A stretch of 64,000 nt of DNA from Chiloscyllium plagiosum (lineage: Eukaryota). The stretch spans positions 13,824,543-13,888,542 of the forward strand of contig NC_057749.1 in NCBI RefSeq assembly GCF_004010195.1. The letters are read 5' to 3'. Of this stretch, positions 1 through 13,300 are shown one piece after another. Position numbers and translations under genes: made by a program. The notes beneath the pieces were generated by a model. The model searched no databases, was not told the DNA's origin, and worked only from the letters and a program-made list of their open reading frames with translations. Each line of letters begins with the position of its first letter. Position 1 is the first letter of the stretch.

Positions 1-637
1 AGACAGTCAACAGTTATTAGTTAAAAAGGTAGTTCAATGTTTAATGGATTCCTGCAGTCTTGCCCCAGGTCCAGTACAAACACAACACCATTCCTGTTAC
101 TTCTAATGCGCTGCTTCATGCAGTTGCCTTTTATAATATTTCAGAAAATTAGTTTTGATATGTTCTACATGGTTTGAGAGGAACAGTTCAAAGAGCAACC
201 TTATTTCTGAACCAGCCCCAGACACTGTCATCCTAGCCGACCACCACGTCTCATGTGATAGTCACAAGCAGATAAAGGAGCCATCAACATTTACGGTAAT
301 TAGAAGTTCCCTTTTTCCCAAAGACTGAGAGGGAGAATTTTTCTAAAAATATATTTTGAGATTCACTTGTCAAATCCAGGCATAATTATACTCAGAGTGA
401 CAATGCTGTTCACTTTTGTCCAGGAACAGTACGATACTTCCACTCAAGTCACTTTAGTTGGTTTAGTATTCAACAGTAGTGAATCATAAACTTTCTTTAT
501 TGTCCCCTCCCCGCCACCCCTGAGACAAGTAACTTAGTAGTTCTTTTTTCATAAGTATTAAAGACAGGCTTATACTAAATACTGACAAAAAAAAATATTT
601 TAGGGTGAGCAATATATAAAAACAGTATCGCAGATAA

Positions 638-962
638 TCATCGAACCCTTACAGCGTGAAAGTAGGCCATTCAGCCCATTGAGTCCATACCACCCCCATG
701 AAAAGCATCACACCTGATCCACCCCCCCTTACCGTATCCCTGCACTTCCCATGGTTAATCTACTTAGTTTGCATATCCCTGGATATTATCAGCAATTTGG
801 AATGGCCAATCCACCTAACCTGCACATCTTTGGACTGTGGGAGGAAACCAGACATGGTGAGAATGTGCAAACTCCATACAGACTGCTGCTGGAAGCTGTA
901 ATTGAATATGGGCCCCAGGTGCTGTAAGGCAGCAATGCTAACCACCGAGCCACCATGTTGCC
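638..962 (-). mobile_element. HE1-like tRNA-derived V-SINE
   Basis: Minus strand reads GGCAACATGGTGGCTCGGTGGTTAGC (A box), then the V-domain GGTTTCCTCCCACAGTCCAAAGATGTGCAGGTTAGG, then a CR1/HER1-like tail ATGGGCTGAATGGCCT. Confidence 0.85.
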
Positions 963-1594
963 TCTCCTGGACGCATTCAGGAGTATTGACATTCTGTGGA
1001 ACACCACTCTCATATACAGGTGTGAATCTACACAGTGACGTAGCAGGTAATTCAATTTGCTAGGCCACTGCAGCAATGCTTGATCCTAATCTCACTTAAC
1101 ATCCACAAATATATCCCATTCACTGGGGCTCACTGGACAAGAATCCTGGCTGATCAGTAGATCCGTGTGCCCAAATATGTGCATGTCAAAAATCAGTCTG
1201 TAACCTTTCCTGCCGCTGTGCAGACCTTTGAGGTCCAAACAGGGCAACTCCTTCACAACTCAAAGTCAATGCATCAGCATTTTAATTGGTGTGTGCAAAA
1301 TCTTGAACAGCTGCATGACTACACAGCCAGAGGGAACATTGCTATCAATCACGTGAAGACTCATACAGATATCCATAACCCTTACCAGTCATCATTCCCG
1401 AATTGAGGACCAGATGAAAAACAGAATGACTAGCTACTTCTTCCTAGCCAAGGGTTGATAATTTGAAAGGATTTATTCCAAAATTCACAAAGGGTCTTCA
1501 GCTTCATTTTCAAATTTGTGATTTCATTGGAAGCTTCATAGTGTGTTATAAATTTAAAGATCCAAAAGATGTCTACACTCTCCTCACCAATAGC

Positions 1595-2845
1595 AATAGT
1601 GCTTCAAGAGGTCGGTCATGGCCCACATCAACTTTGATCTCCCAGCCTGCTTCAATCCTCTACAATTTGCTTACTGATGTAACAGGTCCATAGCATCTGC
1701 CATTTCCCTAGCCCTGCACTCATTCCTGGAACATCTGGACAACTAGGTCATCCATGTCAGACTCCTGCTCATCGACTACAGTTCTGCCTTCAACACCATT
1801 ATCCTCTCCAGACCGATCTCAAAACTCTGACACCTAGGTCTCAGCTGCACCTTCTGCAACTCGATCCTCAGCTTTCTGACTTACAGCCTGCAATCAGTGA
1901 AGTCAGATAATTGCATGATAACTCAACAATGGAGTCCCCCAAGGATGCATTCTCCCAGAACTCCCTGTAGGCCCACGACTGCCTTGCTAAATTCTGAATG
2001 AAAGCCATCTACAAGTTTGCTGATGACACCACTGTGGTTGGATGGATACCAAATAACAATGAGTCAGAATACAGAAAGGAGATAGAGGGCTTGGTGACGT
2101 GGTGCAACGAGAACAACCTCTCCCTTCATGTCAGCTATTCTAAAGAACTGATCATTGACTCAGAAAGAAGGGAGGAGAACATACCCCCATCTACATCAAC
2201 AGAGCTGAGGTTAAGAGGGTGGAGAATGGCAAATTCTCAGGAGTGACGATAACCAACAACCTGTCCTGCACTTCCCACGTAAATGCAACTGTCAAGAAGG
2301 CACAACAACGCCTCTTCCTCCTCAGGTGGCTCAGGAAATTTGGCATGTCCAAAAGTGCATCACCAACGTTTACAGACGCACAATTGAAAGCATACTGTCT
2401 GGGTGCATAATGGCAAATGGTCTAACCAGGACTGTAAGAAACTACAGACGGTTGTATGCATAGCTCAGACTATCACGGAAGCCAACTTTCCATCCATAGA
2501 CTCCATATACATGGCCTGTTGACACGGGAAGGCTGCCAACATCATCAACGATCCATCGCACCCTGGCAATGTTCTCCTTCAATCTCTTCCATCAGGTTGA
2601 AGAGTCAGAAGCTGGAACGCACACTGATAAATGGACTCTCTAAATTCAAATAAAATTGATTTCGCTAATGCTGATCTTGCCTAGCACACGACCTGTGCGA
2701 TGTAACTTGCATGCCTCTGTCAAATTTTTCTTTTCACCCTATGAGGTGTAAGCCCTTGCTTACTATGATCTGCCTATACAGCTCATAAACAAAGCTTTTC
2801 ACTATACTTAGGTACACGTGACAATCAATCAATCAAATCAAACCA
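1595..2845 (+). mobile_element. Rex1/Babar-type LINE, 5'-truncated and degenerate
   Basis: RT motifs PLQFAY, LLIDYSSAFNTII, YKFADDTTVVG and KKAQQRLFLLRWLRKFG, with frameshifts; ends in an (AATC)n tail at about 2823-2845. Confidence 0.85.
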
Positions 2846-4489
2846 AACTTGAGCAGTATTACAAAGACATACACTGAGAAACAAACATCTAAGATGATGA
2901 AAGCATTTGAAAGAGATGAAATTTAAACTTTTTGTGAAGCCCAGGTTTTACATTTTCAACTTTGTGTAGTGAGGAAAGTAAACCTGCACAACATTCAACC
3001 AAACATTACTTATTGCCCTTAACGGGATTGACAAGTACATTGTGGAAATTCAGAAGAGCACAAACAGCTTTTTGTCTGGCAGCCATGTTTTCATCAGTGA
3101 ATTCTGCTACAGTGATAGTTGTGCAGCAATGCACAAAGTCTAGGAGAATGCCAGATTTTGCCAGCAACCATTAACAATTTACATTGATTATAGTGCTCCC
3201 TACATAATGAAAGTGCATCAAGCCCCTTAACAAGTGAAGAGACAAAAAGAGATAAATAAGGTAAGGAAGAATGAAGCAATGGAAAGGAGGAGAGATTTTA
3301 GGACTCTTCATTAAAGGATAAGGGCATGGTATTTTGAATCTTGGCTATTATATCACAGGTGTATAATGCGCATATGTTAAGCTCTTGTTTAGAAGGATAA
3401 GGAAAATCTCTTTTATACACTCACACTAAAACTACAAAATTATTTGCCTTCATTCTTGCTTGACATAACCAGAAAATATTATTTTAAGCAGGGCAGGGGG
3501 GAACTATAGTTCAAAAATACATGGTGCTATGTGTTCTGTTCCTACTCAAACAAACAGTCTGTACCAGCCAGGCTTTTCCCTGCAAACAGCTGATGCACTC
3601 AAAACATTTATTCACAGTGGATGCATTTCATTCACTCAATCATTTACAAATGGTGCCAGTTAATGAAGGAGCCCAAGTTCAGCTCTAAAGACAAACCTAA
3701 TCTCATAAGAAAAATCTATGGCGTGCTTTTTTTCATTTGCTGAGCCATGAGATAGTTCCTGCAGGACTGAAGGTCAAGGCATGACCCTCTAAATCTTCGG
3801 CTGGTCTCCCGGTTTTAGGAGCAAGGGGTCAAAATGACCTACATTTTTCATAAACTAATGTAAACACCAAAAAGCACATAAAACAAGCCATCAATGGGTC
3901 GTATCTGATCTCTGTCTGCTGCATTGAACTAATTTTAATATTAATGTAGGAATGGCAACAGATGTTTTATCCTCACTGAAAGGTTGTATGTAATTCTTTT
4001 ATATCAAATCATTTTAGGTACACACTTTTGATTTCACAATAATTTAAGATTCTTTTATTAAACATTTTTCTATTTAGTAAATAGATTAAGCAGCTAGCTG
4101 ATGAAACTCTTCACTTAAAGGGACATCAACACTGAAAGTGGTTTATTTAAAAATAAAATGCCTGGTTAAAGAGAGGAAGATGAACCAGGACAGGGATTCA
4201 TTATAAGAATATTTTGGTTGATATGAAAGTGCTGCTTAGAGAAAATATATCTGTACATTTCATCTGTAAGAATGCTAATTACTGCAAATGGGCATTGGCA
4301 TGCATGGTGAAGCCATTCATTTCTTATCCAATTATCATGTACAATCTTACTATCAGCTAGCAGTCTATTTGAATGTGGTAGGCATCACAGTCAAGCCCAA
4401 TCATGATTTGATCTAACATCATGCACAGATATATTCCAGAGTGGGTCACAGCATTGTCACTGAAATGAACAGTTCAGCTCACCAAGCCA

Positions 4490-6430
4490 TACAAACATGT
4501 GAAATTAGAGTCAAAGTGGACAACTCAGCCCCTGAAGTCTGCTACACCATTCAACCAGAGCAAGTCTGATCTGTTTGTGTTTTGAATTGTACATTCCTAA
4601 TCATCTTCGATAACCTTCAATTTTTTGCCCAATAAGAATTCACCTGCTTCTGCCTCAATAAAACTCAATCACCCACAAGAGGAAACATATTTTGCACTTG
4701 CACCTTGTCAACGTCATTCAGGATCATGCATGTCTCAATCAAATCACCCCTCATTCTTGTAAACACCAATGGAAATATGTCCAGTCTGTTCAATCTATCC
4801 TCATAGAACAACCTACTTATTCCAAGTATCAATTAAATAAACCTCCTCTGAACCATCTTCAACACATTTAGATCCTTCCTAACATAAGGAGACCAAAAAT
4901 GCACACAGTATTTGGTGTGGTCTCACCAACATCCTGTACACTTAAAGCATAATGACTACTTTTATGTTTAATTCCTTTCATAACAGATAGCATCCTATCA
5001 ACCTTCCTACTTGGGTGCTGTACACACATACTAAATTTTAGTGACTCATGCACAACTCCTAAATCCAACTGCACTTTGGATTTCTGCAGTCACTCTCTGA
5101 TTAATACTCTGCTTTTACATCCTTCCTACCAAAGTGACATTTTTCCACAATGTACTCCATTTGTCAGATTTTGGTCCACTCAATGAATCTTTCTATATCT
5201 CTTTGCAAACAGTTTGTCTTTTTCATAACATATTTTCCTATTTATCTTGATGTTGTCTGTGTATTTAGCTACCATGCCTTCATTCCTCTCATCTAAATTA
5301 TTGATATAAACTATTAAAACAAACAGTAGGATCAGCAGAGACCCCTGTCACCTCATGCCAATCAAACAGACCCATCTATACACATACTAGCTGACTAGCA
5401 GTGAACATTTATCTATGCTAATATGTTACCTTGTATGCCATTATTTTTTATTTCCCCAATTACCTTTGATGTGGCATCTTATCAAATGCCTTCTGAAATC
5501 CAGTTACATCTGTCGCAGTTGTGGGTATTTTCGTCGAGCTTGGAAGTTGATTTGCAGACGTTTCACCCCCTGTCTAGGTGACCTAGTCAATGCTTTTGAG
5601 CCTCCTATGAAGAGCTGCTGTAATGTCTCTTCTGGAATTTATTTGGTTCCATTCCGGCTGCTTCCGTTTGCCGGTTCCGGTTGTTTGTTGTAGTGGCCGG
5701 TATATTGAGTCGAGGTCTACGTGTTTGTTGATGGGAGTCCGTGGATGAATGCCATGCTTCTCAAAATTCTCTGGATGTCTTATGTTTAGCTCGCTCGATG
5801 ATCGTTGTGTGGTCCCAGTCGAATTTGTGGTCCTTGTCATTTGTGTGTATGGCTACTAAGGACAGCTGGTCGTGGCATTTAGTGGCAAGTTGTTGTTCAT
5901 GAATGTCAATTGCTAGTTGTCTGCCTGTTTGTCCTACATAGTGCTTTGTGCAGGCTTGTGCAGGTCGGAGAAGTCTGGCTGTCAGTACAGAGTCGTTTTT
6001 TTAATATTAGGTCCATGAATCCAATTACACCTACTGGCTCCGCTTTATCCAAAACACATGCTCTTTCTTCAATGAGCTTTAACAAATTGGGTAAAGATGA
6101 ACTCCCCCCAAAACAATGCTGAATCTTCCCAATTACCCTGTTTTTTCTAAGTCTGCAGGGATAACCTGCTGAATAATTGATTTTAACACTTCCCCCGATG
6201 AGAGATATCAAGCTAACTGGTGTACAGTTTTCTTTCTCCCTTCCTCCTTGAATAAAAGAGATTGTATTGCTGCTTTCCAGTGTAATGAAACTTTGCCTGA
6301 ATCAAGGGAATTTTGGAAAATTAACACCAATGCATCTATTAACTCATTTGCCACTACTTTTAATACTTTAGGATGAAGTGAAGTGAATCTGGAACCCAGA
6401 GACTTGTCAACCTCCAGCTTCATCAGTTAG
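4490..6430 (-). mobile_element. Old CR1-type LINE remnant interrupted by a Penelope insertion at about 5508-5955
   Basis: CR1 3' tail near 4490-4570; RT fragments DLGVVHESLK and HPKVLKVVANELIDALVLIFQNSLDSGKVSLHWK (ORFs 4868..5074 and 6208..6423). Boundaries approximate. Confidence 0.75.
5508..5955 (-). mobile_element. Penelope-like element 3' fragment (GIY-YIG C-terminus plus pLTR with decayed hammerhead)
   Basis: Minus strand translates CTKHYVGQTGRQLAIDIHEQQLATK...FDWDHTTII...EAWHS; homologous to 63357-63890. Confidence 0.85.
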
Positions 6431-6450
6431 TTCAGTATCATGACCTCATT

Positions 6451-7163
6451 GGTCATAGAGATGGACAGCACGGAAACAGACCCTTCAGTCCAACAAGTCC
6501 ACGCTGACCAGATATCCGAACCCAATCCAGTCCCATTTGCCAGCACGTGGCCCATATCCCTCTAAACCCATCCTATACATATGCCCATCCAGATGCCTTT
6601 TAAATGTTGCAATTGTACTAGCCTCCATCACTTCCTCTGGCAGCTCATTTCTTACAAGCACCACCCTCTGCGTGAAAAGGTTGCCCCTCAGGTCTCTTAT
6701 CTCTTTCCCCTCTCGCCCTAAAACTATGCCCTCTAGTTCTGGACTTCCCCACCCCATGGAACAGACTTTGTCTATTTATCCTATCCATGTCCTTCATGAT
6801 TTTATAACCTCTATGAGGTCACCTCTCAGCCTCCAACGCTCAAAGGAAAACAGCTCCAGCCTATTCAGCCTCTCCCTACAGCTCAAATCCTCCAACGCTG
6901 GCAATATCCTTGTAAACCTTTTCTGAACCCTTTCAAGTTTCACAACATCCTTCTGATAGGAAGGAGACCAGAATTGCAGGCAATATTCCAAAAATGGCCT
7001 GTATAACCACAACAGACTTCCCAACTCTTCTACTCAATAAAGAAAAGCATACCAAATGCCTTCTTCACTATCCTATCTACTGCGACTCTACCTTCAAGGA
7101 GCCATGAACCAGCACTCCACTGTTTCTTTGTTCAGCAACACTTCTTAGGACCTTACCATTAAT
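6451..7163 (-). mobile_element. Younger HER1/CR1 LINE 3' fragment
   Basis: ORFs give LEYCLQFWSPSYQKDVVKLERVQKRFTRILP...RLRGDLIEV and RGNLFTQRVV...FKRHLD; the 3' UTR matches 44886-45077. Confidence 0.9.
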
Positions 7164-7834
7164 TATAATTTTACAAAGTTTCTTCCTTCATTCCATCTCC
7201 TGATTTACTGCTATCCCTGGAAAGTTGTTTGTTTTATCCACAGAGAATGATTCACTTGACATTGATTAGGGAGCTAATTCTTTCCTCCACAGTGCAGGGA
7301 AAAACAGTTAGCTAGTATGTGATTCAGATTAATCCCTAATTAATCCCTGCATTGGCTGAGGTAGACTTAGATCTTGCCTTCTTACTCAGTGCCTCAGAGT
7401 GAAAGGCAACGCCAAATTACCACTGACAAACAACTGCCAAGAAAAATAGCTCAGGATGAAGCATTATCAGACAATGAGCCAAGGAACTGCCTTTGGGCAG
7501 ACCACATGTTAATGAATGAATGCTTCATGTACACTGCCAGAAAATTCTTTAAAATTTACACAGTAAAAACTCTAGAGCTAGAATATTGCGTGGTGGATAA
7601 TGCAAAATGGTTTACAATTAGAAGTCCTCTAATGTTTGTCTTAGTAGGGAAACATACTACATGAAGGAGTATTGAGAAGCTATAAAACTCAAATATTTCC
7701 TAGTTGCGAGCTGGATTTATGTGAAATGTATTAGTGTTACTTGGCTGTGCAATAAGACAGTACTTTGGTTAAGATTCTATCTGGCAAAGCCTCTGTTTAG
7801 AGGTAAAGAGTAAACTGAAACTTAGTAAAGAAAA

Positions 7835-8300
7835 ATGTAACTTTTTATGCAGCGCCTATCACATCTTAGATTGTCCCACAGTCTTTCAGTTCAATGAAAT
7901 CTTTTGGAAATGCAGGCATTGTTGGTTACGTAAACAAGCTAGCAGCCATTTTACACACAATAATGCACACAGAAGCAAATAAACATATGACTAGTTAGTC
8001 TGACTTTGATTTCTTTTAGTGGAGGTAGGAATGTTGGTCAGAAAATCACAATTTTTGACTGGTGCCACTGGATCTCTTATGTTCATTTGGTCAGGATGAT
8101 AAAAGGCAAGAGTGAGGACTGCAGATGCTGGAAACCAGAGGAGTTTAGATCAGAGTGGTGCTAGAAAAGCACAGATCAGGCACCATCTGAGGAGCAGGAA
8201 AATCGATGTTTCGGGCAAAAGCCCAACATCAGGAAAGCGTTTAATTCAAAATAAGGCAGCACATGCTCAGATGCTCAAGTCCTACTCGAAATGTGTTCTG
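7835..8300 (-). mobile_element. DeuSINE (SacSINE1-like) remnant with a Penelope-tail insertion at about 8110-8236
   Basis: Reverse complement resembles the DeuSINE copy at 57840-58225 (…AAAATGGCTGC…TTGAACTGAAAGACTGTGGGAC…GGCGCTGCATAAA). Confidence 0.55.
8110..8236 (-). mobile_element. Short Penelope-tail element with mutated hammerhead core
   Basis: Same family as 37784-37909 (GTGAGGACTGCAGATGCTGG...CGATGTTTCGGGCAAAAGCCC..CATCAGGAA on +). Confidence 0.8.
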
Positions 8301-10216
8301 AGTCAGATGCAACAGATGTACTTTCATTTAATTTTTGTTTTGGTAAACTTCCTCAATAAGATGCTGAAAAATTGAACACTCTCCAATTTGGGTTGCCAAT
8401 GTCTCTCTACTCAAACAGTTATGAATCTTTAGAATTCTCTAGTGGATGGTCAGTCATCAAGTACATTTAAGACAAAAACTAAGAGATTTTTGAATACTAA
8501 AGGATTTAAAGGAATTGGGGTTAGCGCCGAAAACAGCAGTTGAAGGACAACATCAGGCAAATTTTAAGTGAATCGCAGAACACATTTGAAAGGACCAAGT
8601 GATCTACTCCTCATGCTTTTTCTCATGTACTCTAACAAGGTGTGATACAATTCCCAACTCAGAAAATCAATTGTTACTGTACCAATGTGACATTTTTCCT
8701 ATTGTCTGACTTCTTTGGATGATTGCCAATTTAATTCTAGCTCCAAATGAGGATTTTGCCACATCAGTCCAAGCTTGTTTCATCAGACAGTCTCAAATAG
8801 CACATAATCTAAAAATCCAATATGCAAAGTAAAACGTTTCTGCTCCAGCATAACCCTCCTGGGATATTTATAATAATTCCAATTACAAAATAAGAATAAC
8901 TGATCTAGTACAGAAACTTGTACAACAGCATTCACAGTACATGATATTTACTTAATGCCTAGATTAGAATTTCTACATTGTTTATCTTTGATAGTTATGT
9001 TATAATGACTTTTAATGTTGAATATTTATTCTGTAAAAAAAACAAGCTTTGCACAATACTGCAAAAAAGATTAATTAAATGCATTTCATTCCAATGATTG
9101 TCAAACAAACTATTCTGTGATCATCTATGCTATTAAATAGACTTGGAACAACAGAAAAATGAGGGGAAAAAAATCAAATCACTTATGACCACTCACTTCA
9201 CCTCCTGCCAACTGGATCAATGGTGAAAAAGGCAGCATTTGTGCCTGGGAGCAGATCACCTGCCTGCTTATTTTCTCAGCCAGAATGATGTAGAGAAACA
9301 TTTGATAGGGACAAGAAAGCAAATCTAAAGCAGAATGAGACAACAAGTAGGGCACTGAATAGAACACAATATGGTAAGCGTGCCTACTAACAAGGCAGCT
9401 CAGAAAGCCAAGTTTCATTTGTCAATGCCTAAACACTGGAGAATGGCAGTGATGTACAATTCCAAATGAGTCAATGTGAAAAGAAACTGACAGGCTTTAA
9501 GTGTGGTGCATGTGTCGCCATTCACTCTCAAATTCATTTACCACTTCATTTTGAGGATCTGCTTCTGTCAACCACGGGTAGAATACAAAGCCATTTGCTG
9601 CTGTAATATCTCAAACCAAAAATAACTATAGCAGATGACACTGTATCTACAAGAGAAGGGGGATGGTGACAGCTAACGATAAAACAACACACTGCATACA
9701 ACTCTGATCCGCAGATGTCACTTTCCAACCTTATGACAAACTACAGGTTTGACAACTCACTTTATATTTCAGAGCATTTCCAACTTTTTCCCATGTTGTG
9801 ACAGCCAACAAAATTAATTAAACCTTGGACCTGGGATTTGACACTCCTGCAAATTGCCTTCTATTTGTTGATTACTATTGATTTTCTTTGATACTTCATT
9901 TAAAAATCAATAGCTGGGAAGAAAAATAGGCATGGTTTACACATACTTAAACATACAAATGCTTGCTGGAAGGAACTTTAGTTTTGGCTAGGCGCTGGCA
10001 GCCAATTATGAGAAAAGCTCTTAACAGGTGAAAGCAAGGGCTCCAGATCGATTTTGGGTTTTCTTTTCTAATCACACAAAGTGGCTATAAATTAGGCTCA
10101 TCAGTGTATTTTTAAGATAATCTACGAAACAAATAATTTGGTGTATTAAGAAAACTAGCTTGCTAAGTTTTTTTTAAAGGATGAAGGAGTCAAATTGATT
10201 GCATGACTAACATTAC

Positions 10217-10353
10217 CTGGAGTTCATGCGTGCTCGAAGTTTCTTGGCCTTCTTCCTGACTTTCTGCTTCTCTTCTGCATCCTTTGATGTCTCAGGGTGC
10301 ACACAGGTCTCAGTTACAATGTCTGTAATGTACTTCTTGCAGGATAGATGCTC
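10217..10353 (-). CDS. SCAPER: SCAPER exon (137 nt) EHLSCKKYITDIVTETCVHPETSKDAEEKQKVRKKAKKLRARMNS(R)
   Basis: Acceptor ttccatcAG, donor CAG|GTAATG, phase 0 to 2. Confidence 0.94.
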
Positions 10354-13300
10354 CTGATGGAAGATAGCAAAAATAATCATTTGCTAAGACAAACTTTGAC
10401 TTTCAGTGGAACTCAAAGTTACGTTGTGCATAGCTTTGAACAAGTCCTTCGTACCATGCTCTTTTGCAGAAGCTTTAAGAAGCTCAAATAAACGCAGAAA
10501 CACTCAAAGTTGGACAGCATGTTTGGAGATAGAACCAGGGCCAATGCTTCAGTCAATGATTCGTCATCAAAAATAGGAAGAAATGTATATAAATTTGAAC
10601 AAGGAATAGAGCAAGAGGGACAAGGACAAAGGAAAGTCTGTGAATAGGTTGGAAGACAGGAGAGGCTGACTGACAAAAGTCTCAAGTCTTATGGAGACAA
10701 AGGGAAATGTGATGGAGTAAGAAAACAAAAACAAAGGATATGCATAGAAGTGTGCTGTTACCTGAAAACAAAAATGAGAAAAAGTGATTCATGCAAACAA
10801 AAAAAAGGAACAAAAAGTTGATTGGACAAGGGAGGGGAAATAGTTCACAATCCAGAACTGCTGAAGTCAATGTTTTGTGAAGAATGTTTTAAAGTGTCTA
10901 ACTGAAAGATGAGATGCTATCCCTGAAGCTAATGTTGGGTTTCATTGGTTTTCAAAGTGAGAGCAACATGAATAATTAAAATGACAGGAACTGGAAACTT
11001 GGGGTCATTTTGCACAGTCAACCCGCATTTGGTCTCGCTAATGTAGAGACACCAGATTGTGAGCTGCAAATACTGTAACTTGAATTGAAAATAATACATG
11101 TAAGTCGCTGCTTCATCGGGAAGGAGTGCTTAAGGCCTTGGACGGTGAGAAGCAAAGAGGTAGAAGGAAGAGTGTTACATTTCCTACCTTTGCTTGGAGA
11201 TGTGGCATGGGATGGGCCTGATGGAAAATGAGTGAACCCAGTGTGTATCACTGGGCCACACACAATAAAATCAAGTCTTATTTGATACTGGAAAATCAGA
11301 CAAAACCCATTCTCCTTTAATTCACATTCCGACATTTCTTTTTTACTAATCAACCTGTTCAGAGATTAGTTGGACACCTCAGGAGAAGGTGGGACTTTTA
11401 CCTAGATCATCTGAGCCCACAGGTGGGGACATTACCAATGCACCAGAAGAGGCCCTCATTCCATATTATAATTTATTTTTGAATCAACCTGTTCAGTGAT
11501 ATTATCACACACCTCATGAGCAGGAGGGACTTGAATCAAGGCTTCCTGGTGCAAAGGTAGAAGTCGCCGACAGATTTGCGGCCTCCGTGGGGTCCACAAC
11601 CACCAAAAAAGCTCCCTCTACAAAGGTAGGGATACTACCAGTGCACCACAAGAGCCCCTCATTCCTATATTTTAATGTATGTTCTTTACCTGTCTTCAGG
11701 TGTCTTTCGCTAGGTATAGGGAAAGATGAATAATTAGTAAAATGTAGCAACAGGCAGCCTGTCATCACTGATCTAGCATTCCTTCACCATGCTTTGACAA
11801 TCACTCCAACGAAGCACAATGTCCTGCTAATGGCACTATATAACTTCAAGGTGTTGTCACAATCATTAAGATGAGCACGAGTGTGGGTCATTTTAACTGG
11901 TACATTGATCATCATTAGCCTCTTGACATTTTCATTCAACACTTCTCTAAAACCCATCAGTGTCCACCATATAGAGAACATTGATGTATATGCATGCTCT
12001 AGAACACTGCCAATAACTGATACCCAAACCTACTGAGTTACCTTTACACACCTATTTAAACTAATAATTGTAAAATACTATAGATGCTGCCAATATGGAT
12101 GAATTTCAGGGATTATATTTAAGAAAATCCTCCCCTTAAAATTGTATTTCCCACACAGTTTACAGAAAGGTCCATAAGTCAAATCACACAAACATAATTT
12201 CTGCTCCATAAACATTTAGAAATGGTTGCCCAATTGATTTGGACCATGGCACAGCTCACTCTTTCATGTACACAATGATTTTCTATCCATCCACCCCACC
12301 TCCCACGCACATTTCCTTAGTCTAATTATGCTCTGCACCCATTTATGGTTCACTTAAAACTGAATATTTTTCACTGCCAAACGAAATTGAGTGCCATTTG
12401 CACACTGATCCACTGAAGTCTGATTACTCTCAGCTCTGTGCAAATCATTGAGACTCTGTTCACTATTTCCCACAGCAATGAAATGTGAAAGATTGACATG
12501 GAGGATTGGGAGCCAGAAGAGCAAAGATCACAACCTTTTATGGTGCTACTATAACAGCCAATTTTTAAACTATTCCTTACATACAGAGTTGCAGATTGAT
12601 ATACCTTATTGGAGTGCACAATACTTCACCAACTGGCTGTGCAAATGTTGAGATGTGAATCTAAGCCAGCGTACAAACATTTGTCATTTCACTGGAAGCT
12701 GTATCTACTGGCATTACAATTGTCACGAGTGTGCTGATTTTGCAAGAATACTCCGTAAAGTAACAAAATTGCATTGCATAAATTTAGTGTTTAATAGTTT
12801 CTCTCACCCTCACACAAAAGGTCACAGTCTTTTACAGACTCAAAATAATTAGAACTCTGAAATTTGCCAAATAAATTGGCAGGCATTAAATGGAGAAGCA
12901 ATATTTTTTGTCCAACTAGCAGCGTTTGACTTATTGCATTTATGAGGATTGTTTGATAGGATACTACAAAATGGAAAATGGGATTCTGAAGGAAGCCTAT
13001 AGCAGAATGATTTAGTGCAGAGTAGATGGAAAAAAGTAGTTAAGTAAAATAAGAAAATGCATTAATACATTATTTTATTATACATCTATCATGCTGCTAA
13101 TACTCAGCACTATGAAAATAAACCTAAAGGAAAAAAATAACACATGTTCTAAGTATTGAATGTACTGCATAATTAATTCATTAACTGGTTAAAAGAAATC
13201 CAGCCACAACTTTAAGATTCATAAAAACACTGAAATGAGAGTCCTGAAACCTAATCCATAACTTTACTGACAATAGGAGAAGACAAAAATGATATTCAAT

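Noticed and set aside
890..962. tRNA gene
   Set aside because: The A/B boxes are the head of a V-SINE that continues into a SINE body and LINE-like tail; no intact cloverleaf.
1..10216. Next SCAPER exon (AKEYE...SPYKAK-like)
   Set aside because: No matching sequence found by eye; it probably lies beyond the left edge of the window.
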